Below, piece by piece: positions 17,839 to 27,400 of a stretch of 38,025 nt of DNA. The notes below the pieces were generated by a model, which searched no databases, was not told the DNA's origin, and saw only the letters and a list, made by a program, of their open reading frames with translations. The position numbers were made by a program, and so were the translations under genes. Numbering within the stretch: the stretch's first letter is position 1; each line of letters begins with the position of its first letter. Source of the DNA: an uncultured Agathobaculum sp. Its GTDB lineage: Bacteria > Bacillota > Clostridia > Oscillospirales > Butyricicoccaceae. The DNA is taken from positions 1 through 38,025 of the forward strand of contig CALWEB010000021.1 in NCBI GenBank assembly GCA_944376955.1, read 5' to 3'.

Positions 17839-17941
17839 AGATTGGAATAACTCCAACTCATCCACCGTTTCAGCCTCATAGGCAACACCACACTGCCATG
17901 GCGAAAACGCATGGAAGTCTGCTGATAAATGGGGAACATAT

Positions 17942-19177
17942 ATGAAAGAGAAAAAACTGGTTATCACGGGCATGGGCGCGGTCACGCCTATCGGCATCGG
18001 GGTTTCCGCCTACTGGGACGCGCTGGTTTCCGGCCATTGCGGCATCGGCCGGATCACGCGTTTTGACGCCTCGGGCCTTCCGGTGCAGATTGCAGCTGAG
18101 CTGAAGGACTTTGACCCTGCCGACCACATGCCAAAGACCCTCGCACGCACGATGGATCCGTTCATGCAGTTCGCATTTGCGGCGGCGCAGGAAGCGCTGG
18201 AGGACAGCGGCCTTGCCATCGAGCCGGAGGCCGACCGCATCGGTATCGTCATGGGCACCGCCATGGATGGCGTAACCACCGTCGCGCAAACGCAGGCCGC
18301 TTATGACGCTGGCCACCGCGTCGGGCCGCGCTTTGTGCCCATGACCATCGGCAACATCGCGGCCGCGCAGATCGCCATTGCACGCGGCATCCGCGGACCG
18401 AGCCTGACACTCAACACCGCCTGCTCGGCGGGCGGCGACGCGATCATGACCGCCGCCATGCTGCTCCGCTCAGACGAGGCGGATGCCGTACTCGCGGTCG
18501 GCGGTGAAAGCATCCTATGCCCGATCGTCGTATCCGGCCTTTCGCAAGCCAAGGCGCTCTCCCGCCGCAATGATGATCCCGAAACCGCCTGCCGTCCGTT
18601 CGACGCGGAGCGGGACGGGTTTGTCATCGGGGAAGGCGGCGGCGCGCTGCTGATTGAAACCGAAGAACACGCGTTGGCGCGCGGCGCAAAGATCCACGCT
18701 GTGCTGGCCGGTTATGCCAACACCTCGGACGCGCACCACGTCACTGCCCCCTGCCCGGATGGCGCAGGCGCAGCGCGTTGTATGCAGCTGGCGCTGAAAA
18801 AAGCGGGGATGCAGCCGTCCGATATCGGCTATATCAACGCGCACGGCACCTCGACCCCGCTCGGTGATAAGGCCGAGACGCTTGCGGTCAAAACCGTGTT
18901 CGGCGGGCGTGAAAGCGCGCCCCCCATGTCCTCGACCAAGTCCGCAACCGGCCACCTGATGGGCGCGGGTGGCCTGACTGAGGCCATCGCCTGCATCAAG
19001 GCGGTCGAAACCGGCATCCTGCCGCCGACACTGCACCTGACTACTCCTGATCCGGACTGCGATCTGGATTATATCCCGAACCAAGCCCGTCGGGCTTGCA
19101 TTTCCGCCGCGATGTCCAATTCGCTGGGCTTTGGCGGCCAGAACTCGAGCATTATTGTTTGCAACTACCAGAAATGA
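17942..19177 (+). CDS. fabF: Beta-ketoacyl synthase II-like (FabF paralog)
   Basis: VITGMGAVTPIG, TACSAG (catalytic Cys), CRPFDAERDGFV.GEG, NAHGTST, KS.TGHLMGA, NSLGFGG. Confidence 0.85.
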   Translation: MKEKKLVITGMGAVTPIGIGVSAYWDALVSGHCGIGRITRFDASGLPVQIAAELKDFDPADHMPKTLARTMDPFMQFAFAAAQEALEDSGLAIEPEADRIGIVMGTAMDGVTTVAQTQAAYDAGHRVGPRFVPMTIGNIAAAQIAIARGIRGPSLTLNTACSAGGDAIMTAAMLLRSDEADAVLAVGGESILCPIVVSGLSQAKALSRRNDDPETACRPFDAERDGFVIGEGGGALLIETEEHALARGAKIHAVLAGYANTSDAHHVTAPCPDGAGAARCMQLALKKAGMQPSDIGYINAHGTSTPLGDKAETLAVKTVFGGRESAPPMSSTKSATGHLMGAGGLTEAIACIKAVETGILPPTLHLTTPDPDCDLDYIPNQARRACISAAMSNSLGFGGQNSSIIVCNYQK

Positions 19178-19190
19178 GGCGAATCCCACT

Positions 19191-20831
19191 TTGCAAGATC
19201 AGTACATCTATGATGTGACGATGTTCCGCGAAACGTTTGAAACGCGGTTTACCTATTTGAATGGTTTTCTGCGCAATGTTTCGCGCTTTGGCAGCCGTCC
19301 CGCCCTGCATGACCCACTCTCCGGCCGGCGCTGGACCTATGCCCAGCTCAATGCGGAGGCCAACCATCTGGCACACGCACTACGCGCGGACGGTGTAGGC
19401 AAAAACGACGTGGTCATGTTTACCCTGCTCAACTCGCCCGAATTTGTGTTCTGCTATCTGGCCGCGCACAAAATCGGCGCGATTGCCTGCCCGGTCAACT
19501 ACCGGCAAGGCGCGGGCGAAATCGCGCTTGTGATCGACGACAGCCGCCCCAAGGCCTTCTTCTATGACGCAGAATTTGGGGCATTGTCCGGCGGCGCGCT
19601 CGAGATGTGCGAGTGCAGGCCGGAAACCATCGTCATGGTGAATTACAAGGGCGGCGCGGCCGCACCTTCCGGCCACACGCGCTATGAGGATTACGTCGCC
19701 GGGCAGCCGGAAACCGATCCCCCGATCGACTTTGCGCCGCATATCTACGACGAAACCACCCGGCTTTACACCTCGGGTACGACTAACCGCCCCAAGGGTG
19801 TGCCGATCAACAACGTAAACGAAGTGCTGTCCGCGCACGATGTGATGATGCACTTCCCGCTCGGCCCCACCGACCGCACAATGAACATGACCCCGTGGTT
19901 CCACCGCGGCGGCATCCACTCAGGCGGGCCGTGCCCCACGCTGTACGCGGGCGGCGAGGTGGTCATCCTGCGCGACTTTGCACCCAAGCGCTGCTTGGAA
20001 TACGCAGAAAAATACCAGATCTCGTTCCTGATTGGTGTGCCGACCATCATTGCGATGCTCGCACGCACACAGGAGCGCACGCCTGCCGACCTGTCCGCGC
20101 TGCGCGGCATCGTCACCATGGGCGCACCATTTGAAAAAGCTGCCTGCGAAAAATACATGCAGCTTCTCACCCCCAACATCTTCAACGGCTACGGCACGAC
20201 CGAAACCTTCTGGAACACCTTCCTGCGCCCGTTTGACCTGCCGGATATGGCCGGCTCCGCCGGACGCTCCTGCACGGATGACGAGGTACGGCTGGTCATG
20301 ATCCGCGAGGACGGCACGCACGCCGAACCCGAGCAGACCGTCCCGCGCGACGGACAAACACCGGGCGAAATCATCATTTCCTCGCCCGCCAAAAGCGCGT
20401 TCTGCTATTTCAACAACCCGGAAATGACCGCCCAAAAGTTCTATAAGGGCTGGCTATACACGGGCGACGTCGGCGTATGGGATGAAAACGAGTTTATCAC
20501 CGTATCCGGCCGCAAGGACGATATGATTGTGTCCGCAGGTGAAAACATCTACCCTACCCAGATCGAAGCGGTGCTCAACGAACATCCCAAGGTGGCGGAA
20601 AGCGCGGTCATCGGCGTACCGGATCCGCTGCGCGGCGAGGTGGTTGCAGCATATGTTGTCCCGTCGGACGACAGCCTGACCGTGGAGGAACTGAAGGACT
20701 ACTGTGTTCACAGCCCGATGCTGTCCTCCTACAAATGGCCCCGCCTCTACCTCATTGTCAAGGAACTGCCGCACACGGCAACCGGTAAATTGATGCACTA
20801 CAAACTGCGTCAGCAATACGAAAACAAGTAA
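19191..20831 (+). CDS. AMP-dependent acyl/aryl-CoA ligase (ANL superfamily)
   Basis: YTSGTTNRPKG, GYGTTET, TGD, GRKDDMIVSAGENIYP, LPHTATGK. Start uncertain (TTG 19191 or ATG 19221). Confidence 0.9.
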   Translation: MQDQYIYDVTMFRETFETRFTYLNGFLRNVSRFGSRPALHDPLSGRRWTYAQLNAEANHLAHALRADGVGKNDVVMFTLLNSPEFVFCYLAAHKIGAIACPVNYRQGAGEIALVIDDSRPKAFFYDAEFGALSGGALEMCECRPETIVMVNYKGGAAAPSGHTRYEDYVAGQPETDPPIDFAPHIYDETTRLYTSGTTNRPKGVPINNVNEVLSAHDVMMHFPLGPTDRTMNMTPWFHRGGIHSGGPCPTLYAGGEVVILRDFAPKRCLEYAEKYQISFLIGVPTIIAMLARTQERTPADLSALRGIVTMGAPFEKAACEKYMQLLTPNIFNGYGTTETFWNTFLRPFDLPDMAGSAGRSCTDDEVRLVMIREDGTHAEPEQTVPRDGQTPGEIIISSPAKSAFCYFNNPEMTAQKFYKGWLYTGDVGVWDENEFITVSGRKDDMIVSAGENIYPTQIEAVLNEHPKVAESAVIGVPDPLRGEVVAAYVVPSDDSLTVEELKDYCVHSPMLSSYKWPRLYLIVKELPHTATGKLMHYKLRQQYENK

Positions 20832-20866
20832 AAAAGACGGCTTGAGACATGCTCAAGCCGTCTTTT
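20832..20866. terminator. Bidirectional intrinsic terminator
   Basis: AAAAGACGGCTTGAG / CTCAAGCCGTCTTTT between convergent genes. Confidence 0.85.
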
Positions 20867-20872
20867 CTGTTT

Positions 20873-22075
20873 TTAGGCTGCATTTTCGTTTGGTGCATCC
20901 GCCCGCCCAAGTAGGCGGCGGTAGGTCAGGTCGATTGCAAACGCACCGAGCGGCGCGGTGATCAGGATGGCCAGCACCGCCACGGTCAGCACGATCTGCC
21001 CGCAGCCCAGCCCCATGCTCAGCGGCACCGAACCGATTGCGGCCTGCACCGTCGCCTTGGGCGTATAGGCAATCATGCAGAACAGGCGTTCCTTGGCGGA
21101 AAGCGGCGTGCGCAGCAGGCAGACAAACACGCCCGCCATGCGGAACACCAGCGCCCCCAGCACGACCAGAACAGCTGCCGCACCTGCCGACGCAGCATAG
21201 CCGATGTCCACCGTTGCGCCGACCAGCACAAACAGCAGCACCTCTGCTGCCACCCACAGCCGGTTGTACTTGCCGGACAGACGCGCGGCCAGTTCCGGAC
21301 GGCGGCGGTTGATCGCAATACCGCAGCTCATCACCGCAAGCAGGCCGGAAAACGGCACAATACCCTTGACCGCATTTTCGAGCGCGACAAACAAGAACGA
21401 CAGGCTGAGCAGCACGACCACCTTAACTGAGTCGCGCACATGGATGCGACGATAAACCGCGCCGAACAGGACGCCCACCGCAAGGCCAACGGCAATTCCG
21501 GTCACAATCGAGACCGGAATCTGCACAAAGGTTGCCGGCGAAAACGTGCCGCCCTGCGCAAGGCCGGTAAACGCAGTGAACATCACAATGACAAACACGT
21601 CGTCCACTGACGCGCCCGCCAGAATCATCTGCGGGATGCTGCGGCGTGTACCAAAGCCCAGTTCCATCAACCGCAGCATCTTGGGCACGATCACCGCGGG
21701 CGAAACCGCCGCCACGACCGCTCCCATGATCGCGGCATCCAGCAGCGAAATGCCGAGCAGTCGCGGCGCCAGCGTCACCATGCCCACGATTTCAAAGCAC
21801 GCAGGCACAAAGCACAGCAGCACCGCCGGACGGCCCACCTTTTTCAAATCCTCCAGATTAAGCGACAGGCCCGCGCGCGTCAGGATGATGATGAGCGCAA
21901 GCTGCCGCAGATCGGCCGAAATCCCCAGAATGGATGGGTCGAGCAAATCGAGTACATACGGCCCGAGCAGGATGCCGGTCAACAGCATCCCCAGCAGGCT
22001 GGGCAGCCGCAGCCGCGTCACGATCCACCCCAGGCTCATCCCCACCAAAAAAATCAGAGCCAGACTTGTCAGCAT
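20873..22075 (-). CDS. Cation:proton antiporter, SLC9B (NHA1/NHA2)-like
   Basis: ATG 22075 after AAGGAGG; highly hydrophobic; ILTRAGL, AAVSPAVIVP, AGASVDD, PKATVQAAIG, ILITAPLG. Confidence 0.88.
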   Translation of the reverse strand: MLTSLALIFLVGMSLGWIVTRLRLPSLLGMLLTGILLGPYVLDLLDPSILGISADLRQLALIIILTRAGLSLNLEDLKKVGRPAVLLCFVPACFEIVGMVTLAPRLLGISLLDAAIMGAVVAAVSPAVIVPKMLRLMELGFGTRRSIPQMILAGASVDDVFVIVMFTAFTGLAQGGTFSPATFVQIPVSIVTGIAVGLAVGVLFGAVYRRIHVRDSVKVVVLLSLSFLFVALENAVKGIVPFSGLLAVMSCGIAINRRRPELAARLSGKYNRLWVAAEVLLFVLVGATVDIGYAASAGAAAVLVVLGALVFRMAGVFVCLLRTPLSAKERLFCMIAYTPKATVQAAIGSVPLSMGLGCGQIVLTVAVLAILITAPLGAFAIDLTYRRLLGRADAPNENAA

Positions 22076-22110
22076 ATTGTTTTCCTCCTTATTTTCCCGT
22101 TTGCAGGCAC

Positions 22111-22155
22111 AAAAAAAGCTGATAACCCTGCAAACACTTGCAGAAGTCATCAGCT
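22111..22155 (-). terminator. Riboswitch expression-platform terminator
   Basis: RNA AGCUGAUGACUUCUGCAA-GUGU-UUGCAGGGUUAUCAGC followed by U7; the 5' arm overlaps the aptamer. Confidence 0.85.
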
Positions 22156-22200
22156 AATCAGCGGTTTAGGCTTTTATGCCACGGGAGAACTTCATTCCCT
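22139..22200 (-). ncRNA. Fluoride riboswitch (crcB motif) aptamer
   Basis: RNA GGGAAUGAAGUUCUCCC-GUGGCAUAAAAGCC-UAAACC-GCUGAUUAGC-UGAUGACUUCUGC. P1 is GGGA/UCCC, the pseudoknot is GAAGU/ACUUC, P2 is GCU/AGC, and the AUG..GUUC, AAAC and GCUGAUGAC elements are present. Confidence 0.9.
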
Positions 22201-22208
22201 CGGATGGT

Positions 22209-22237
22209 ATTATACCCCGCCGCACGGCTTCTGTCAA
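22209..22237 (-). promoter_or_regulatory. Consensus sigma-A promoter for the riboswitch-antiporter transcript
   Basis: Minus strand TTGACA-17 nt-TATAAT, 8 nt upstream of the aptamer. Confidence 0.85.
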
Positions 22238-22295
22238 GCTGGATGACGCGTCTTCCGCGCAATTTGTAAACAAACGAAAAATTTCCGGCTTTTTA

Positions 22296-22338
22296 CTTGA
22301 CTTTATCAAGCAACTGCCTTATACTTGACAAAGTCAAG
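22296..22338 (+). promoter_or_regulatory. bilQRS promoter with two overlapping MarR-type operators
   Basis: -35 TTGACT (22297-22302), 17 nt, -10 TATACT (22320-22325). Palindromes CTTGACtttATCAAG (22296-22310) and CTTGACaaaGTCAAG (22324-22338). Confidence 0.75.
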
Positions 22339-22355
22339 AAGGGAGCATCCAAAAC

Positions 22356-22784
22356 ATGATTCAAACGCTGGCGTACTATTCCACTGTTTTGTCCCGCAGC
22401 TTCGCCGCCTATACCGCGCGCATTCTCGAACAAATCGGGCTGAGCCAAGGGCTGCTGTACCTGCTGCTTTACGTCGGGCGGCATCCCGGCTGCACCCAAT
22501 CCGAACTGACCGAAGCACTCGGCTTGGACTGGGGCTACTGCCAGCGCAGCACGCTGCGGCTGGTGGAAGATGGGTTCTTCCTGCGGGAAAAGCACGGCCG
22601 CGCCTACCACCTCTCCCTAAGCGAAAAAGGCACGCAGGCGTTTCAAACCAGCCATCAGGTCTTTTTCGATTGGGATAACGAAATTCTGCAACCGCTGAGT
22701 AACGAAGAGCGCACGCAGCTGCTGACGCTGCTCGCCAAAGTCAAAGAAAAGGAAGCGAATACCAAGCTATGTACGAGACGATAA
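22356..22784 (+). CDS. bilQ: MarR family regulator (bilirubin reductase operon regulator)
   Basis: 142 aa wHTH (LLYVGRHPGCTQSELTEALGLD...LVEDGF..REK.GRAY.LSLSEKG); overlaps the bilR start. Confidence 0.78.
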   Translation: MIQTLAYYSTVLSRSFAAYTARILEQIGLSQGLLYLLLYVGRHPGCTQSELTEALGLDWGYCQRSTLRLVEDGFFLREKHGRAYHLSLSEKGTQAFQTSHQVFFDWDNEILQPLSNEERTQLLTLLAKVKEKEANTKLCTRR

Positions 22785-23881
22785 ACAGCCCGGTTAATTA
22801 CGGTGGGCTGACCCTAAAAAACCGCATCATCTTTGCCCCGACCTCGATGGGGCTGTCTGAGGAAGAACTGATCGCCCGCTATCGCGCGATCGCCGCAGGC
22901 GGCTGCGCAATGATCATCATCGGAGACGTGCCGGTGCTGAACCACGGTTTCGGCCCGTCGCTCTATACGAAAAAGGGCTTTGCCCTCTATCAGCGCATCG
23001 CCCAAACCGTCCACGCCGAAGGCTGCCTGCTGTGCGCCCAGCTGCACCAGTCGGATTCCAACGTCAAGGCGATGCTGAAATATATCCCGGGCGTGCTGAC
23101 CAAGCGCATCAGCATGGCCGACCTGCGTCCGCTGCTCAACGAACAGGTTGCGCCGTACATCACCCACCTACCGCTGCGCAAAATCCACGAGATCACCGAA
23201 GGGTTTGGCGAAGCCGCCGTACTTGCGCGCAAAGCCGGCTTTGACATGGTGCAAATCCATGGCGACCGTATGTGCGGCAGCTTCAGCTCGACAGTATACA
23301 ACCACCGCACGGACGAATACGGCGGTAGCCCGGAAAACCGTGCGCGCTTCGCTGTTGAGGCCGTACAGGCGGTGCGGCGCCGTCTGCCCGACATCCCGAT
23401 CGACTACAAGCTGGCCGTGCGGCAGGAAAACCCGCACTACGGCAACGCGGGTGTATTGCAGGAGGAACTGCCGGTATTCGTCCCGCTGCTGGAACAGGCA
23501 GGCGTGACCAGCTTCCATGTGACACTGGCCAACCACGGCGAACTGACCGATACCATCCCGCCCGCCAACCATGCGTTTTTCCACGAGGAAGGCTGTTTTT
23601 TGCCGTTCTGCGACGAGGTACGCAAACTGACCAAGCTGCCCATCTGCGGTGTCGGCGGACTGACGCGCCCGGATTTTGTCGAGCAACAGCTCGCTTCCGG
23701 CCGCATCGACTGCGCCGCGATGAGCCGCCAGCTGATCGCTGACCCGAACTGGCCGCGCAAGGTCTGCTCCGGCCATGCAGACAATATCCAGCGCTGCGTG
23801 CGCTGCAATAAAAAGTGCCTTGGCGGCATGATGGCGCACCAAGGCGTACACTGCATCTATGAAAGGAAGGACAACGCATGA
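22769..23881 (+). CDS. bilR: Bilirubin reductase, short form (old yellow enzyme TIM barrel with 4Fe-4S motif)
   Basis: LKNRIIFAP, GFDMVQIHGDR (H164-G-D166-R167 where other OYEs have HGYL), RTDEYGGSPENRARF, CxxCxxxC-x11-C; MarR-OYE-flavodoxin gene order. Confidence 0.85.
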   Translation: MYETINSPVNYGGLTLKNRIIFAPTSMGLSEEELIARYRAIAAGGCAMIIIGDVPVLNHGFGPSLYTKKGFALYQRIAQTVHAEGCLLCAQLHQSDSNVKAMLKYIPGVLTKRISMADLRPLLNEQVAPYITHLPLRKIHEITEGFGEAAVLARKAGFDMVQIHGDRMCGSFSSTVYNHRTDEYGGSPENRARFAVEAVQAVRRRLPDIPIDYKLAVRQENPHYGNAGVLQEELPVFVPLLEQAGVTSFHVTLANHGELTDTIPPANHAFFHEEGCFLPFCDEVRKLTKLPICGVGGLTRPDFVEQQLASGRIDCAAMSRQLIADPNWPRKVCSGHADNIQRCVRCNKKCLGGMMAHQGVHCIYERKDNA

Positions 23882-24363
23882 CTTACGCAATCGTTTACAG
23901 CAGCAAGACCGGCAACACCCGTTTGCTGGCAGAAACCCTCCGCGACACCCTGCCCGCCGATGACTGTCTGTATTGCGGCACGCCGAGCGACGAGGCCCTG
24001 CGCGCTGCACGCATCTACGTCGGCTTCTGGACGGACAAAGGCACCTGCGACGCGGATACTGCGACATTCCTGTCCCGTCTGACCACGCAGGAGGTTTTTC
24101 TGTTCGGCACAGCCGGCTTTGGCGGCGCTCCGGAATATTTCGACAAAATCCTGTCCGCCGCGCGCCAGAATCTGCCGGACAGCGTGACCGTGTGCGGCAG
24201 CTACATGTGTCAGGGAAAGATGCCCACAGCCGTGCGCACCCGCTACGAGGCAATGGAGGACAGCCCGCGCCGTCAAATGATGCTCGATAACTTCGACGCT
24301 GCCCTGTCCCACCCGGATGCAGCCGACTTAACGCGGCTGCAAAACGCGGTGCAGAACGGGTAA
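23878..24363 (+). CDS. bilS: Flavodoxin-family protein BilS
   Basis: YSSKTGNT FMN loop, GFWTDKG, FLFGTAG, CQGKM, SHPD; ATGA overlap with bilR. Confidence 0.82.
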   Translation: MTYAIVYSSKTGNTRLLAETLRDTLPADDCLYCGTPSDEALRAARIYVGFWTDKGTCDADTATFLSRLTTQEVFLFGTAGFGGAPEYFDKILSAARQNLPDSVTVCGSYMCQGKMPTAVRTRYEAMEDSPRRQMMLDNFDAALSHPDAADLTRLQNAVQNG

Positions 24364-24400
24364 GGCGCTCTAACAGCCGATTGACTGCGATCCGATACCC

Positions 24401-24435
24401 AAAAGGGGATGCCTGTGATCAGGCATCCCCTTTTT
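24401..24435. terminator. Bidirectional intrinsic terminator
   Basis: AAAAGGGGATGCCTG / CAGGCATCCCCTTTT between convergent genes. Confidence 0.85.
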
Positions 24436-24453
24436 CTGTCTCAACGGTTCGGT

Positions 24454-27400
24454 TTATGCTGCAAGAATGCCGGACAGAAGCTGGAACGCTTCCGCACGGA
24501 TGATCAGGTTGTTCAGACGCAGCGTGTTGTCGTCATACCCGTTCATCTTGCCCTGTGAAACCAGTCCTGCGATCGAGGACTGCGCCCACGCCGGAATCGT
24601 CCCGGCATCGGTGAACGCGTCCAGTACGGACAGGTCATCCGACGAAATCTTTGCCGCGCGGGCAATCATCACCGCCACCTCGGCGCGCGACGCCACATTA
24701 CGACCATTCATGTGACCCTTGTCGTCGCCCTGCATAATACCGGCATCCTTCGCCGCCTGCAGCACACCCGCTGCCCATGCGGCGGAGTTGTCCGCCGGAT
24801 CGAGTTTTGCATCAGCTACCGGCTCCAGCCCTAGAGCATTGACCAGCAGAGACGCCACTTCCTGCCGTGTGATGCGGTCCTTCGGACGCACGCTACCGGT
24901 ATCGTCACCCTTGACGATGCCGCGTTCCATCAAATCCCGGATGGTGTCCTCCGCCCAGTAGCCGGACGGGATATCCCAGCCGACCTCACCGCTCGGCCCA
25001 GAGGGTTCGGACGGCTCTACCGGCGTGCCTTCGTCTGCCTTGCCTGAATAATCGTCAAAATCTGCAGACAGCGCGCGGTATACATCCGCAGACTGATGGC
25101 CTGCGCCGTCCGCAAAGGTGCCCTTTTTCCAATCCGCCCAAGTATTCCACGCGGTTTCATTGCCAGCCTTGAGCGTGTAAGTGTTCAGGACAGGCAGATA
25201 GCTTGCATCCGTACCCAGATCGGACGTGAACTTGGTGACGATGCGCATGTAAGCACCTTCACCCGCGCCGGTCAGATCGATCGTGCCGGCGCCGTTTTCC
25301 AGCGCGTACTGCTTAGAACCCGACACTGTCTTGCCGTCCTGCGAGAACTCCACCGTCGCGTCGATCTTCGCGCCGCCTTCGATCACCGCGTCATAAGCAA
25401 GGGACTCAGGCGCACCGGATACCTTCACCCATTCGGTGGTATGCGTACCGGTCTGTACGATGTTCGCCGGGTCGAAATCCAACCAAAGCACCATATCGCT
25501 GCTCTTCGGGCCCGCTGCTGTCGGATTACCGTGTACCGAAGCGACCTCGCTCTCGGTCAGCTTGCTCTGGTACAGGCGGGCCTGCGAAATCTCGCCCGCG
25601 AGCATGGTGCGGTCAATGCCGCGGCCACGGTTGGTCAGCAGAGCGCCGGTGTAGGAGAAGCCGATGTAAGTGGAAGCACCCGGCCAGTTCTTGATCTCGG
25701 AATCAAACGCCGGAGCGTCAATATGGCCGCTGTGGTACTTGTTCTGATAAGAGTCGCCGCCGGTTGTGCGGTCAAAGCCGCCGACATACTGCACCCACTC
25801 GCCCTTCTTGATGCCCGCGTTGTCGTCCGCGTCGTCATCGTTCCAGAAGAACTCGCCGTTGTCGTTGTCAAAACCGATGCCGACCGTGACCTTGCCGGTC
25901 GCGCGCACCGCCATGCGGTACAGGTAATTGGTGCCCCAGCCAATCGACACACCCTTGGTCATCAACGGGTTATGGTCGCGCCCGGTCGGGGTCAGCGTGT
26001 CGATGCCGGTGCCCGGGCAGTTCGGGAGCTTGGCCCAAACCATGCCGGTGATGCCGTCCGTGATCGTGAAATTGCCGTTATCCGGAATTTCCACATAATC
26101 CTTGTCGCCATCGAGGATGATTGTACCCTTTCCGGTTGCATCCTTGCCGAGCGTGGGCGCACCGTGCAGATAGCCGTTGTTGCCCATACCGGACTTATCT
26201 TTGACCATCGGCATACCCTGAATCGAGCCTTCGATGGAAACGGTCTGCACCGCGGAATCCCCGATGCGCACCTTGAAATCGCCGGACTTTTCAAACTGAT
26301 AGGTAAATTCGCAGGTCTTAACGCCGCCTGCGGCAATGTCATACTGCTTGCTCTCGATTGCCTTATCGTCAATGTAAAGCGTTGCGGTCGCCGTACCGGC
26401 TTCGTTGCCGATATTGGTCACGTCCGCCTTGATGTGCAGCACATCGCTGTTGATATCGCTGATCTCACCGTCGCCCAGCTTGGTGCGGACGTTGGTGTAC
26501 GAGAAGGTCGCGGGACGGAAATTAACCTGCACAGTCTGGGGCTTGCCGCCGACCTTGAGGGTGTGCGTGCCGGTCGTGGTCAATTTGACCGTGCCGCGCA
26601 GCTCAATGGACTCGCCCGGGTCAATGGTCTTGACACCGTTGGACTCCACGCGCACCGGCTCGCCCGAAGTGGACACACCGCTGTCGCTGACCAGCTCGCC
26701 GTAAATGTACTTCATGGTGCCGTTGTCGTCCACCGGGATAACTGCCGCTGCCATGCCCTTCCCGTTGTTCTTCACGGTTGCGGAAATTTCAATCTCACTG
26801 TTGCAAGGCACTGGGCCGGACTGGATGGAGACATCCGAGTAAGCCAGCTGCTGCTTGGCAACGGCCGTCACAGTCGTGCCAACCACCTGGCCCTCCGCCA
26901 TGTTGGACGTGGTCAGCACATCACCCTTGATCGTGTGGGTCATATAGCTGCCCTTGGCGCTGACAGCGCGGGAATCCTGATGGGTCAGGTAAATCGTACC
27001 CGCACCTACCGTTGGGTCATCGGACACCGCACGGGCATAGCTGTGCGTGTGGCCAGCGAGCATCATATCGACGTGGCCTGCCTCGGCCACGGATGCAATG
27101 TGCATCTTGGTGTAGGGATCAGAGATCGGGTGGTGCATGACCAGAATGCGGAACTTCTTGTCCTGATTCTTGGCCAGATCATCCTTGAGCCACTGCACGG
27201 ACTTTTCGATCTTGTCTGCGGTGGCCGCGTCCATCTGCCCGCCCGAGGTTTCGGCGTTCATCTGGAACAGCGCCCACGGGTTGCTGTCCATCAGGTCGAA
27301 ATGGATGTCGCCGTAGTCAAAGGCGATGTTGCCTTCCACCACAGAGCCGTATTCCTCGGTCTGGGTGTCGATGACATACATATCGAAATAATCGCTGAAA

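Noticed and set aside
17857-17935. Possible SAM-I or cobalamin riboswitch in the fabF leader (GGCAAC, CACTG..GGAAG)
   Set aside because: Only short fragments match. The core helices and conserved boxes cannot be built and the leader is too short.
22076-22150. N-terminal extension of the antiporter given by the ORF track (start 22150)
   Set aside because: It runs through the riboswitch terminator; the strong SD points to ATG 22075.
22769-23881. Generic NADH:flavin oxidoreductase, 2,4-dienoyl-CoA reductase or BaiCD call
   Set aside because: HGDR instead of HGY, together with the MarR-OYE-flavodoxin order, fits BilR better.
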